The notes beneath the pieces were generated by a model. That model worked only from the letters and a program-made list of their open reading frames with translations. It ran no database searches and had not been told where the DNA came from. Shown one piece after another: positions 1-10,500 of a stretch of 64,000 bases of DNA. This DNA comes from Raillietiella orientalis (taxonomy: Eukaryota). The first letter of the stretch is position 1. Each line of letters starts with the position of its first letter. The DNA is taken from NCBI GenBank assembly GCA_036172245.1, contig JAYWIR010000039.1, positions 1,054,001 through 1,118,000 of the forward strand, in the 5' to 3' direction. Made by a program: the position numbers and the translations under genes.

Positions 1-1070
1 CTATGGTCGACGCCGTGGTGTGATCCCGCGCGCCTGCTACTGTGACGCTGCACCGGCAGCGGAGGACTGCTTTCGTTGCTGCCGCACGCCGAGGGCGCCA
101 CGAGAGGCTTCGGCTTCCTGCTGAGGCTGCTTAACAAGTTCCTGGAAGCCCATTCTTGGATCTCCTGCCGCCAACGAACTTTAACGCCTGGCGGCAGGAA
201 GCGTTATCGTCCTGGGCAAGGCATCCGGAAGTGCCTCTAACCGAACTTCGGTGCGTGCACCTTTCCCCTTACCTTCCGTTGGAGGATGTGATGCGAGACC
301 AAGGCCAGTGAACCAGCCTCGCCGCCACGCCACTTGCCGCAGCGCCCTCTGCCCTCAGGGAAAGAGATGATAGTTGCCTACCGGCGGGGTGGGAGGTCGC
401 CTGCACGATCGCAGGAGCAACCCGACCCATGGGCGTCTGGAGAATCAGCGAACTGGCAGACGCCGTCACGCCTCGCCACATCCCCAAGGGACTCCTTCGG
501 TGGAGCGAACTGTGCCCCCCGAAGAACTTGTGGTCCCTCCCTCGTGCGTGGACACTTCTGTGTTTCCTTTTCAACGGAAGCAGGACCTGCTCTTGCGGGT
601 GCATTGGGGCTTCCATTGCAGCCAGCTCAGCAACAGTGTTTCCGGGGGAGTTGCCTCCCCGAACTGTAGAAGCAGCGGAAATGCTCGCGCACCTTGCTCT
701 TCGACTGCGGTGTCCTTCAAGGACTGTGGCAGAGGTGGCTTCAGCTCTCCTGCACCACTGCAAGGACTTCTATGCGCCGCTTCTTCACACCAGGAGGCCT
801 CTCATTGGGTGCGGCCATCGCAACGACTGTTGCATCCACGCCATCGTCACGGCCCACCGCCAGTTGGAGACGCAGGCGATCCCTCGATAGACCACCGCAA
901 TCGCCGACGACAACATGAGGACAGCTGCCAGATGGCCTCATCTTCCAGAAGAAGTTACAAAGATCTCCGGCATCCAACTGTGGTTCTGAAAGGAAGGAGC
1001 AGCCGAAGCCAAAGGACTTCTGTCCTCAACCCTCCCCTTATCTTTTTTGTATTTTTTATGTATCTGTTTG
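1..1070 (+). mobile_element. Decayed L1/Tx1-like LINE ORF2 3' end (CCHC zf-RVT region and T-rich 3' UTR), copy A
   Basis: Frameshifted QDLLLRVHWG..SPNCRS..EMLAHL-LFDCGVLQGLW matches the C-x2-C..H-x4-C..LW motif of L1/Tx1 ORF2. Homologous to ~2720-2830(-), ~5960-6070 and ~6640-6720(-). Confidence 0.7.
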
Positions 1071-1299
1071 CGGTGCCCTCCCTCCCGTTTCGGACTTTCG
1101 AAGTGCCTGACCTGCGTATCAGGGAGCCCTTCCCTCGAACTTCTCTTCCCTTTGTCTGGGAACTTTGTTCTCGGGTAGTTTTTAAAGAAGCGCCCCGGCG
1201 GATTCGGGTGAACAGAGCTGGGCTTCGAAATGCGAAGCAGCCAGAGAAGCCTCAGCTGTGCAGAGAATGGATGCAGACCTCCCCTTCTCTCTGAGTTGT

Positions 1300-1990
1300 C
1301 CCTCTGCAAGAAAAGCTCTCCCCTAAATGAGGGAGATCTTCGGGCACGTTGCTCGCCACTGCCTCTTTTAGCCGCCACCTCTTCTGCATGGAGAGGTATG
1401 GCTCGGATTCCGGGAGGGTCAGGGTCTCCGAGGGTCCCTCTTTTCGAATCCGCAGAGTCGCAACGCCTTGTCTGAAACGTAAACCGAGTCGCATCTCCGA
1501 TGAGGCAGGAGACGCGCGTCCCGCCTCCATTCGGTGGAGGAGCTTTCCCGACTTCGGGATTTTGCGGAAATCGTCTCTGAGGGCTGGACCTCGGATAGGA
1601 GATCTCTTGCTCCCTGTGTTTCCCCGGCGAGTCCTCGAAATCTCAAGGAAGTCGTTCCCGCGCTCTCCATCCACCATGCCACCGCGAGCAAGGCACCTGC
1701 GCTCCGCACGGGTCGCCACCTCGCCGCTTTCCTGTCGCTGCGCTTGGACGAGGCGGAGCTCCGCGAAGGGCATGCATTTTCGCTCCGGATGAAGATCGGC
1801 AGCGCCAGGATTCCACAGTGATCGACGAGGCCTTCGGTGCCTGTGGGGCTCTCTCAGTTCGGGAAACCTCTCCTTGGCGACTCCCGACCCGCTGGCCATC
1901 CCAGGTGCAAATTTGCCTGGCGAGCCAAGCAGGGATCGCTGGCCAGGATTCGAATTTCTTCTCCTTGAAAACAACCACATTTTCCTCCTT
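1300..1990 (-). mobile_element. Decayed LINE ORF2 endonuclease-RT linker fragment
   Basis: RAERRCLARGGMVDGERGNDFLEISRTRR resembles the R..W...GE....F linker motif of L1/Tx1 ORF2. Confidence 0.4.
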
Positions 1991-2024
1991 CAGGCTCCGC
2001 ATCTCCTATCTGAGATACCCGTGC

Positions 2025-2189
2025 GCTGGAGGCTGAGCGGACCTCCGCGCGCGTGGCACCACGCGTCGCGGGTTCGAATCCCCTCGTGGAGGATCGACGC
2101 CGAGAACGAGGGGTGTGTCGTAGGTTTCTATTTCCTCCTATAGGATGACGCTGGTTGTTGGCCTTATTGACTTCAGGCGCAGCACTGGT
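2025..2189 (+). mobile_element. tRNA-headed SINE-like element, copy 1, 5' part (interrupted by a LINE)
   Basis: A-box-like GGCTGAGCGG (2031-2040) and B-box GGTTCGAATCC (2071-2081), then conserved GATCGACGCCGAGAAC..GTCGTAGGTTTC shared with the copies at ~14850, ~34185 and ~45480. Confidence 0.75.
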
Positions 2190-3705
2190 TGACACCCGGT
2201 CACGCCGGGGCGTTTATTTATAAAAAATCAAATAATCTTGACCCATAGTCCCTACACATTATTCTGCTGCCTAAGTATACACGTCTTTGGCAGGACGTTT
2301 GATCCTGTCACGTTACTTATAACTACGAGAAGGAATCTGCCGGGAACTGGCACGCAGGCCAGCGGGGTTTACTTCGGAAGCACAGGGGAAGGAGAGACAA
2401 AAAAAGTTTGGGAAGGGATCACTGTGGGTTGAAGGGAGTCCTCTGCATCCTTGTAAGAATGCCGGCAAGTTCCTGTTTCAAGACTTTCAGATGGGGCCAT
2501 CTTGACGCTGTCCTCATGAAGAGGACAGCAAAATAGATGGCGTCCTGGTCATTTTGGCCTCCTCTAGAGCTGCTCCATGCAGCCACGGTTCCGCCGCGTA
2601 GGCAGCAAAGTGCTCCTAAGGCCGGCGTAAGGACGTCGCACAGGAAAAGGCTCTTTACAGCGTCTCTGGCATGGCTGCCGGGGGTTCCAAGGGTCGCAGA
2701 TTAGCGTCCCCAGGGGGATCGGAGATCAATACAGTCCACTAGGAGGTGCGGGAGGGATTCTTGCTCCCCACACCTTGCACAGTTTGGGTTCACACATACC
2801 CGTGTCCAATGATGACGGAGGGCGTTGCATGGTGGGTCCCAGTGCAGCAGCATCAACGCCGACCCCTGCTACTTTAAGGGGAGGGTGCGGGAATTCATGA
2901 GCACCGGAGGCCACTGCAAGTGTTCCTCCGGAATACCCAGTAACATGCCCTAGTGCAAAATTCCACGAGGTCGAGCAATCGTAGTCGCAGAGTTGGTGAG
3001 CTAGCCCGTTGTCCACTCGTCCAGTCCTTTTCTCCTTCCGGATATTTCCACAGTAACCTCCCATCTAGCGATAAGGCTGCTGTCCATGTGTTCCCTAAGG
3101 GAGGGCAGCTCGACGGCGAGGGAGGTTCTGCTTGTCCACGCACTCTTCGCGGGATCTTCCAGGATCTCCCGGAGCGTGCAGTTGCGGTTGCTCACGTAGT
3201 TGAAACGTCGCACCTGTTCTTCGCTTGGCTCCTGGATTCTCAAACGGTTTCCTGCAACCGGGCACCACCGTTTGCGGGGCGGCACGAGATGCATCCGTTG
3301 TTCCTGGCCAGTATGGCCACCTGCCGAAGGTGCAGTCCTCAGTGGATAAGACTACGTGGAGGGCACGCAAGGAATGATGCGAGTCTCACGCTTCCGGTGC
3401 CTTTCTGGACGAGAAAACTTGCAGGCTGGCACCAGGTGGTGCTCCACAGATTTGCCACGAGGGAAAGGGTTCGAAACTGGAGCTGCAGCTCCATTCTCTT
3501 CAGCGTCAGGAGGCCTAGGCCGCTGTCCTGGCGCGGATCACACAAGTCCTTTGGGTAGACTCGGAGCCTCCCTTTGCCCCAGAGGGCGATCCGGAGGAGG
3601 TCCTCTGTCCGCTTCGTAATGCTGCATGGCAGGGGGCAAGCAAAAAGCAGGGGACAGAGGAGGGGACCACGAAGGCGTTCCACACTGCGGCCCGTTCAGG
3701 ATGTG
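2190..3705 (-). mobile_element. 5'-truncated L1/Tx1-like LINE (thumb to 3' UTR), copy B, nested in SINE-like copy 1
   Basis: ERAAVWNAFV..IALWGKGRLRVYPKDLCDPRQDSGLGLLTL (thumb/GGLG motif) and RHHW..NPNCARCGEQESLPHLLVDC (CCHC). AATAAA near 2213-2218(-). Flanked by GCACTGGT at 2182-2189 and 3706-3713. Confidence 0.75.
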
Positions 3706-4350
3706 GCACTGGTGGGAGCCGGGTGCCCCCACTGACTAGCCGGGATTGGAAGTCGACTCTTCGGGGTCCTTCCAGGACATCAAGGAGCGCCGATTTCCTT
3801 CCGTGTTCGCCTCCGGTTACGAAAATGCAGCCGTCCTTCTCCTGAGTGGGCGACCCTCCATCAAGCACCATGGAGCTGGTTGATTCACACTTCTCCAGAG
3901 TGCAAAAAAGACTCTGCTCCCATCGAGGAGCAGACCTTCAGGGTTCTCTTCAGAAGTGTAGAACAAGGAGCGGATTCTTTCCGGGTTCCCTTCGGCGAAG
4001 AGAATGGCGAATGGCCCCCTTGAGAGAATAAGGAAAGAGATTTCCTTCGGGTCCCTTTCGAAGACAACCAGGATGGAAGGTCTCCTTCAGGGTTTTCTTA
4101 CGAGAGTAAGAGGACTCTTCCCTCCGGAGTCTTACTGGGTTTATAGAGTGGTCTCCCCCCGGAGTACCTTTTAAATTGAGGAGCTGCACGCACCCTCGGG
4201 TTGCCTGGAACAATGTGAAAGAACTTTGTGAGCACCCAAGCGAATGGTTCTTAGAAAAACACACACACAAAAAAAAGAAAACACGAAAAAAAAAAAAAAA
4301 GGGAAAAAGCTGGAAGGGACGCAGCGGGAACAGAAGAAACCCAAAGGATT
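3706..4350 (+). mobile_element. tRNA-headed SINE-like element, copy 1, 3' part
   Basis: Collinear similarity to 34320-34880 and 45590-46530 (GGATTGGAAGT, ATGGAGCTG, TTCAGAAGTGT.GAACAAGGAGC, CACGCACCCT, A-rich tract). Resumes exactly where 2025-2189 stops. Confidence 0.72.
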
Positions 4351-4619
4351 CTCGAAGTTTATGTTTCCTAAATGTAGAACTCTTATGCGAGAAGCAGGTA
4401 GAAGGTGAACCGACAAGGACAGGGAAGGCATTCAAAGTCCTGTGATGTATGATCGCTCTCTCAGCTCACTCTGTTCTGGAAACAGCAGACTGCGCGTCAC
4501 CAGTAGGAGTTTCTTCTTACGAGGAACGATGATAACGCTCGTGTGGGATAAAATGCGTGAACAGAGACCACCTTTGCTGTGTGGTTCCATTCACAGGGTA
4601 AGGTTCGTACCCACCGGGA

Positions 4620-5010
4620 TGTTTATTATGCAAACTACAAAACAAACTACAAGTTAGAGGGGAAAAGAACCCCTCAAGAATAAGAAATACCCTCCCCCTA
4701 CACACAAAAGAAGTTCTTTCGGGTTAACCACCGGCCCGCAAGCCGCCTTCCAAAAAGTAGGGAACCAGGGGTGGGGACAATGAACAAATAACAAAAGACG
4801 GGAGGGTGGGGACAGGAATCTTTGGTTTGAGACGTTTCTTTACTTCTAAAAGCCTCTCTGGATGGTGGCGATCCCCCTGGCGACTTCTGGCACTTGCTGC
4901 TGTCATCATGAGGGCTGCTGCCATACTGGTGGCCTCTCTCCGCCTCGAACTTGATTCTAACACATGGCGGTCTGCCACTATGGAGCGGATGCAATCGAGT
5001 GTTGCGATCA
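4620..5010 (-). mobile_element. 3' terminal fragment of the same LINE family, copy E
   Basis: Reverse complement ATCGCAACACTCGATTGCATCCGCTCCATAGTG matches 817-848(+) of copy A, followed by a T-rich UTR. Confidence 0.55.
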
Positions 5011-5019
5011 CAAAGCCGA

Positions 5020-6430
5020 CTGCCTCCAGAAGGCAGAGTCGTTGCTCAGCCCGTTCCAAGGAGGCAACTTCTTGTTGCCGGAGCGGGCCGTCATTTGGAA
5101 CACCTTTGTGGCCCCTGTCCCCCGACCCATGCTTTTTGTTTGCCCCCCCCCCTCCGGCATGGTGAAGTGGACGAAGGACTTCCTTCAAAAAGCCCTCTGG
5201 GGCAGTGGGAGGTCCCGAGTCCTATTAAAAGACTTGTGTGCTCCTTGTCGCGACGGAGGACTTGGACTCCTGACGTTGGAGCGCAAGGAAGTTCAGTTGA
5301 ACTTTTGAAGACTGGCCCTCGTGGTACAGAACTGGGCCACTCATTGGTGAGCCCCTGCACGTTTGCTCTTCCGGCTGGCGGTCGGTGGACTCGCAAACCT
5401 GTTTGCGTGTCACCACCGCCGCCCTCCATCTTGCAACTTCCCTCCCCGGTGTGTCGCTGCTCCGGTGAGAGCAAACACGTGGATTTGCTGTCGCCTTGAG
5501 AACACTTTGGCCTGGAGGCAGGAGAAAATAAGGACGTGGATCCAGCTCATCCGGGACCCGTCAAAAGTTACCCTCTGCCGAGAGTTTTAGAAGAACAGCG
5601 GAAGAACATTGGAGGCGGTGGGTAGTGAGCAGACTATGTTGGCCTATCCTCCAGCTACCCCCTTTGCCGCAGCGGTGTCCTCCGCTATCGAAGTACATGG
5701 CACCTGTCTACCGTAGAAGTGGGAGGTTCCCTGAGAAATGTCGGCCCGCAGGAAGCTATCGGTGGCTGGACTCCGCGTGAGCTGGCTGACGCGGCAACAG
5801 CAAGAACCGTCTCCAAAGGACTGGAACGTTGGGGCAAACTCTTCTCCATTCAGCTCGAGGAGTTGGAAGTGCCCCCTGTTTATGGATGGAAAGCTGTTTC
5901 CCCTCCAGTGGCAGCAATCGGCGCTGCTGGTACAGCACTGGGGTCTTCCGTACAATGCACGCCGGCACCACTGGACGAAGGGGTCACGCATCGCCGAACT
6001 GTGCCAGGTGTGAAGAGAAGGGGACCTTTTCCCACCTCATAGTGCAGTGCGTTGCCCTCCGGGACTTGTGGGAACTTCCGCACCCCATGAACAATCCCAG
6101 AGACTCTTTGAGGAGCCTCTTCGTGCGGGACGCCATGACGCCCGCAGCCGCAATCGCAGCGCCGTGCTGCGTGCGCGGTGTCGTCGCGGCGAAGTGCGAC
6201 GCCGAGGGAGGCCGAAGCGACGGGGGGACTGTCCTGCATGCCATTGGCTTCCTGCGGATAGCTTCGAGGTGGCCCCACCTGGAAAGGGAGAAGGAGGAGC
6301 TCGCCGGTATCCTTCCACGAATGGTGAGACCTCACCCACCACGAAATGTGATCCCTTTCCTTCCTCCCAACTGATTGTTTTTGTTCGTTTTATTGTTTTT
6401 TAAAGTTTGTTTCCTTTTTTTTCTATTTTT
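5020..6430 (+). mobile_element. 5'-truncated L1/Tx1-like LINE, copy C
   Basis: KAESLLSPFQ..ERAVIWNTFVAP..KALWGSGRSRVLLKDLCAPCRDGGLGLLTL and SPNCARCEEKGTFSHLIVQCVALRDLW; T-rich 3' UTR 6372-6435; multiple frameshifts. Confidence 0.78.
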
Positions 6431-6469
6431 GTTTCATCCCCCTTCCCTTTCGTGGTCGTGATGGACCTC

Positions 6470-7590
6470 GCCGGCCTCCTTCTATTTTTAGTGTAAAAAT
6501 TGGAATCGGTGAGCCTTTTGGCTCCATCGATCGCTCTGAGTGTAATAAAAGCCCCGACGCACCTGGGTGTAAAATCACTACGCCTTCCTTCAGTCCAAGC
6601 GTCGCAGTAAAAGTCCAAGGCGGTGTCCTGCGTCCGAAGTCTCCGCCACAAGTCCTCGAGGACACTGCAGTCCAACAAGTGCGGAAGTGATTCCATCAGC
6701 CCGCACCTAAGACTCCCCCAGAAACCAGGTGTCTGAGCTGATTGCACTGGAATCCCCAGTGCAGGAACAGCAGAACATCCTGTTTCCAGAGTAGCGGGAA
6801 CACAGAGGTGTCGGCGTAGAGGAAAAGGACCATGAGTTCTTCGGAGGGCACCCCAAGAAGCCCACTCCCACAGAAGCACTCCCTTTGCTCGGAAACGAGG
6901 AGTGGTGGCGTTCGCCAACTCGCCCGTTTTCCAGCCGTTTAGGAGTTCTTCCATTCCTGCAATGTTGCAGAACTTCTACTCTGTCGGTTGGCTCCTGTCG
7001 TTGTTTGCCCTGAGGGCGTACAGAGCTACAGCAAGGTGTGAGACGGCTAACCGGGACTATTGCGACCAATGCTGCAAGAGATCTCCCAGCAATTTGCGTA
7101 AGAGACCCTGCAACTGTCGCAGTTCCCCTAGGCCCAATACCTAGCCGAATCCAGTCCTCCGGTGTAGGTTGCGCGGCAGCAGCGAAAGAAGTCCTGCACT
7201 GTTCACGCATCCCTGGAGAATATGGGCGTGTCAGAACACACTAATGGAAGGGCCACAATTTCCCACACAAGGAGAGAAGTCGGACTTGCAACTGCAGTCC
7301 GATCTTCTGAGTGATCAGGATGACCAAGCCAAGTCCTGGCGCGGCGCCACCAAGCCTTTCAAGCGGATCTGGAACCTTGCACAGCGTGAGGGAGCTGATG
7401 ACGTTTCACACAAGCATCCGTGGTCTCGGCAACTCTGAACTCTCGAGTGTACGACGAAGTATTCAGCCTTTCGTCGCTTTCGTGCAAAATCAGACTTCCT
7501 CGAAGTCTGAGGGAACCTGTCTCAGAATTAGCTGCGACATGGTTCGTCCGACGGTCACTTCGGACCTCAAGCGGTCGCGATGACGGAACT
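6470..7590 (-). mobile_element. 5'-truncated L1/Tx1-like LINE, copy D (tail-to-tail with copy C)
   Basis: RCGLMESLPHLLDCSVLEDLWRR (CCHC), a GLGL-like motif near 7325-7350, and LILHESDERLNT corresponding to FLLPERAVIWNT of copy C. Confidence 0.68.
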
Positions 7591-10500
7591 GGATGCAAGA
7601 TACTTTTTTGTTTTTGTTTTCACCGTTTCCCTTAGTCGATTTTTCGTCATGCTGGACCCAGCAATTTTGGGTAAATAATCGTACGGATGGTATGGGACAG
7701 TTGGAGAGCCGTTCGGGGCTCAGAACGCTGTTTGCGGGTCAGTCCATTCTGCGGGTGTCTCCAGGCACTTCTGCCCATCTGATTTTCCCTTCGTTCCGTT
7801 TCTAGTTCACCACTTTCTCTCCTGGAGGTGGTACATTCTGCTCCCCCTAGCTCGTAAAGGGAGCAGGAATCACAATCGGGAAATTTATGGCTCGCAACTA
7901 AGAAGGGAACTACCAAATTCTCGTTATGAAGACGAGTCCACTTCACAAAGATTTTCTGGAAAACCATGGTCTCCTACTTCCGTTTCCTAGCAACTTCCAA
8001 AGGCCCCTAAATGAGGCGGGGAATCCGAAGTCTGTGGCAACTGCTAAATTCCGTGGATGAAGATTGGAAGGATCGATTCCGATCCAGGATGCGGCTTCAC
8101 TGTGGCTCAGAAGCTCGACATTTGAAGCGTCAAGTCGTGTCTCCTGCCTGTCTGAGCTACGGCCTTGGGGAACAGAGTCCGTTGAGTGCGCGGAAGGCAT
8201 AAAGAGTCCTCATGTCCTCAACGACGACACCTGCAACCACCAGACGATGGTCATCGAATACCACAGCAAAGCAGCGCAACAGATCAAGAGAACTAGCACC
8301 CTCAAACAAGGGAACTGGCGGCTTTCAATCAGTCTTCCCCAGAAAAGGACTCCAGGGATAAGAGCGCTCCAAGGGAAAAGATCCGTCATCACCCTAAACG
8401 TGGTAAGGTCGCAAAAGCATTCCGTTCCACGGCTCTAAAAGAAGCTTTAAAAGAAACAGAAGGAGAGCATCTTCCTAGTCACGGAGTGCTGAGGGCACAG
8501 AATAACAAGGCTCTGAAAACAGACAGACAGCACGAAGAAGGAGGTGGTCTGTAGGTGCTTTTAGTGTTTCAGGGAGACGTGCTGGAGTAGAATGGGCGAC
8601 TGACTAGTCTAAGTGAATCCTTTTTTATCGATGCGTCTTGAGGTGAGCAAGCTCTTGGTCACACGGGACATGGAAGGCGCTGCAGGTCAGAGTAGCCGTT
8701 CATTGGATGCATCTCGCACCTCAGAGGGCGGAAGCGTCGTTCTCCTCACCAAACACACTGCGCAGTTCCGTCCATGTCCAGATGGAGGAAAAAGTCAACT
8801 CCCTATTTGGCAGAGGTGCTCAACGTCCCTGCGATCCGTTATGTCCGGCAAGGAGCTGAATCTTTTTTTTGATTTTTGCGGAAGCACTGCAGAACGACCT
8901 CAAGGTCGGCTAAGCTGTGCGCGCCTCCGCGGCGGTCACATCGGAGAACGGCCCCTCTCTCCGCGATGAGGCGAAGATGAGCAAAAGCATTTGCTTCGCT
9001 CTTTTATTCCTTGGTGGGAAGAGAAGACCCACCGCAACTCTTCAGATTACCCTTGCTTTGAAGAATGACTGAGCGAGGCGCTTGGCATCTTCTCTCAACT
9101 TATGATGTACGCTTTGCCTGGGTGTTTCTGACCCCCGGAAAAGCGAAGGTTTCTGCTGGGAGAGGGCCACGACCTGAAATCCTTCTCTCCGTTTCTGAGC
9201 CAGCGGAGCCAAGTTCCACTTTTCTGCAAGGCCATCTTACCTGAGGACGCAGTCCGACTCTCCAGGAGTGCGTCTTTCTGTTGGTGTTTTCGTGATTTGC
9301 TTCACCAGCCACTCGATTTTGGAATGATTTTCCTCCTACCACCGAGACGCGGAGTCTTGGACACTCTGCAAACGTCATCCCTCTGCCTGACTCAGTACCC
9401 TCCTCCTCCGTGGTCCCGTTTCCAGGAACCAATTCCCGCCTGCCCACTCCCAGATAGTTTCGTTGCTACGGGAGGGAAGGAAGCGCTTCGAGATTGAGAT
9501 CGGATCGTCCGACTTTGCCGCCTCTGCAGGGCGGAAGACTCTCAGCTCTTCCTCGGCAGGGACGCCCTCGGGAAAACCCTCAAGTGAAGGATGGTCTTCC
9601 TCCTCTTTCTGATGCAGCCCTTCCGAGATGGAAAGAGTGGTCCTTGCTCTTGTATGGAGCTCGCTTCAAGGCAAGTCCGTTCGTCGAACGATGGTAGTTC
9701 AGACGCGTGCAAGAGGGAAATATCTGAAGATGTCGAAGGTGTGCACACAGCACCGTAGACGACCGGCGAAAGCCTCAAAGTGGTGACTGCTCTTCTGGGC
9801 TGTATAACTTGCCGTTGTGGACACCTCCTCAGCGGTCTTTCCTGGGTTGCCAAACTCGAGTCCCGCCTGCCAGACACGGGATTTCTTGGCTTCTCTTCCC
9901 AGACTTATTCTTCTCCCTGCGAGCGTTACTTGTCTCCTTTATCCAGGTGAAGACAGGATGGAAAGGATCTTATCGAAACATACCGCTGAATGGTTTGCTC
10001 CTCGGGCAGCTCCCAAGCTGCTTTCTCGTTTACCTCTGAAAAAGGCAGACAATGGGAAGTCTCCTCCTCCCAAGGAGGCTGCAAACAAACGAATCCCATC
10101 ACTGCAGGAAAGTTCCATCCTGCACGAGTAGAAAGGTGGACCCTTCTCGCCTCCAACAACAACAACAAAAAAGGCTGATTACAGGCTTCCGCATCTGTTC
10201 ACTTGAGATCGGTCGACTCAAGTTTTTGGATTTTGTAGCGTTCTGCCATCTATCTCTTTGATGCGAGATTCCCGTTCGTTTGCGTCACTCCTCGCATCTT
10301 CCGCGACTCCTGGATTCCGAAGGGCCAACGAGCTCGACACGCCTCGGGCGTTTTGGCATAAAAGAATACTCTCGACGACTATTCAATGAGCTCTGTCGGT
10401 CTACATCCGGCGCTTAAAGGGGAAAGAGAGGTCAGCATAGCCAGACTAACAGTTTGCTTCCATCTGCTTTCGTTTTTTCCCACAAAAATTAGAAACCATC

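Noticed and set aside
2025..2095. Functional tRNA genes at the four GGTTCGAATCC sites
   Set aside because: Acceptor and anticodon stems do not pair consistently, and all four continue into the same downstream repeat body, so these are SINE-like heads.
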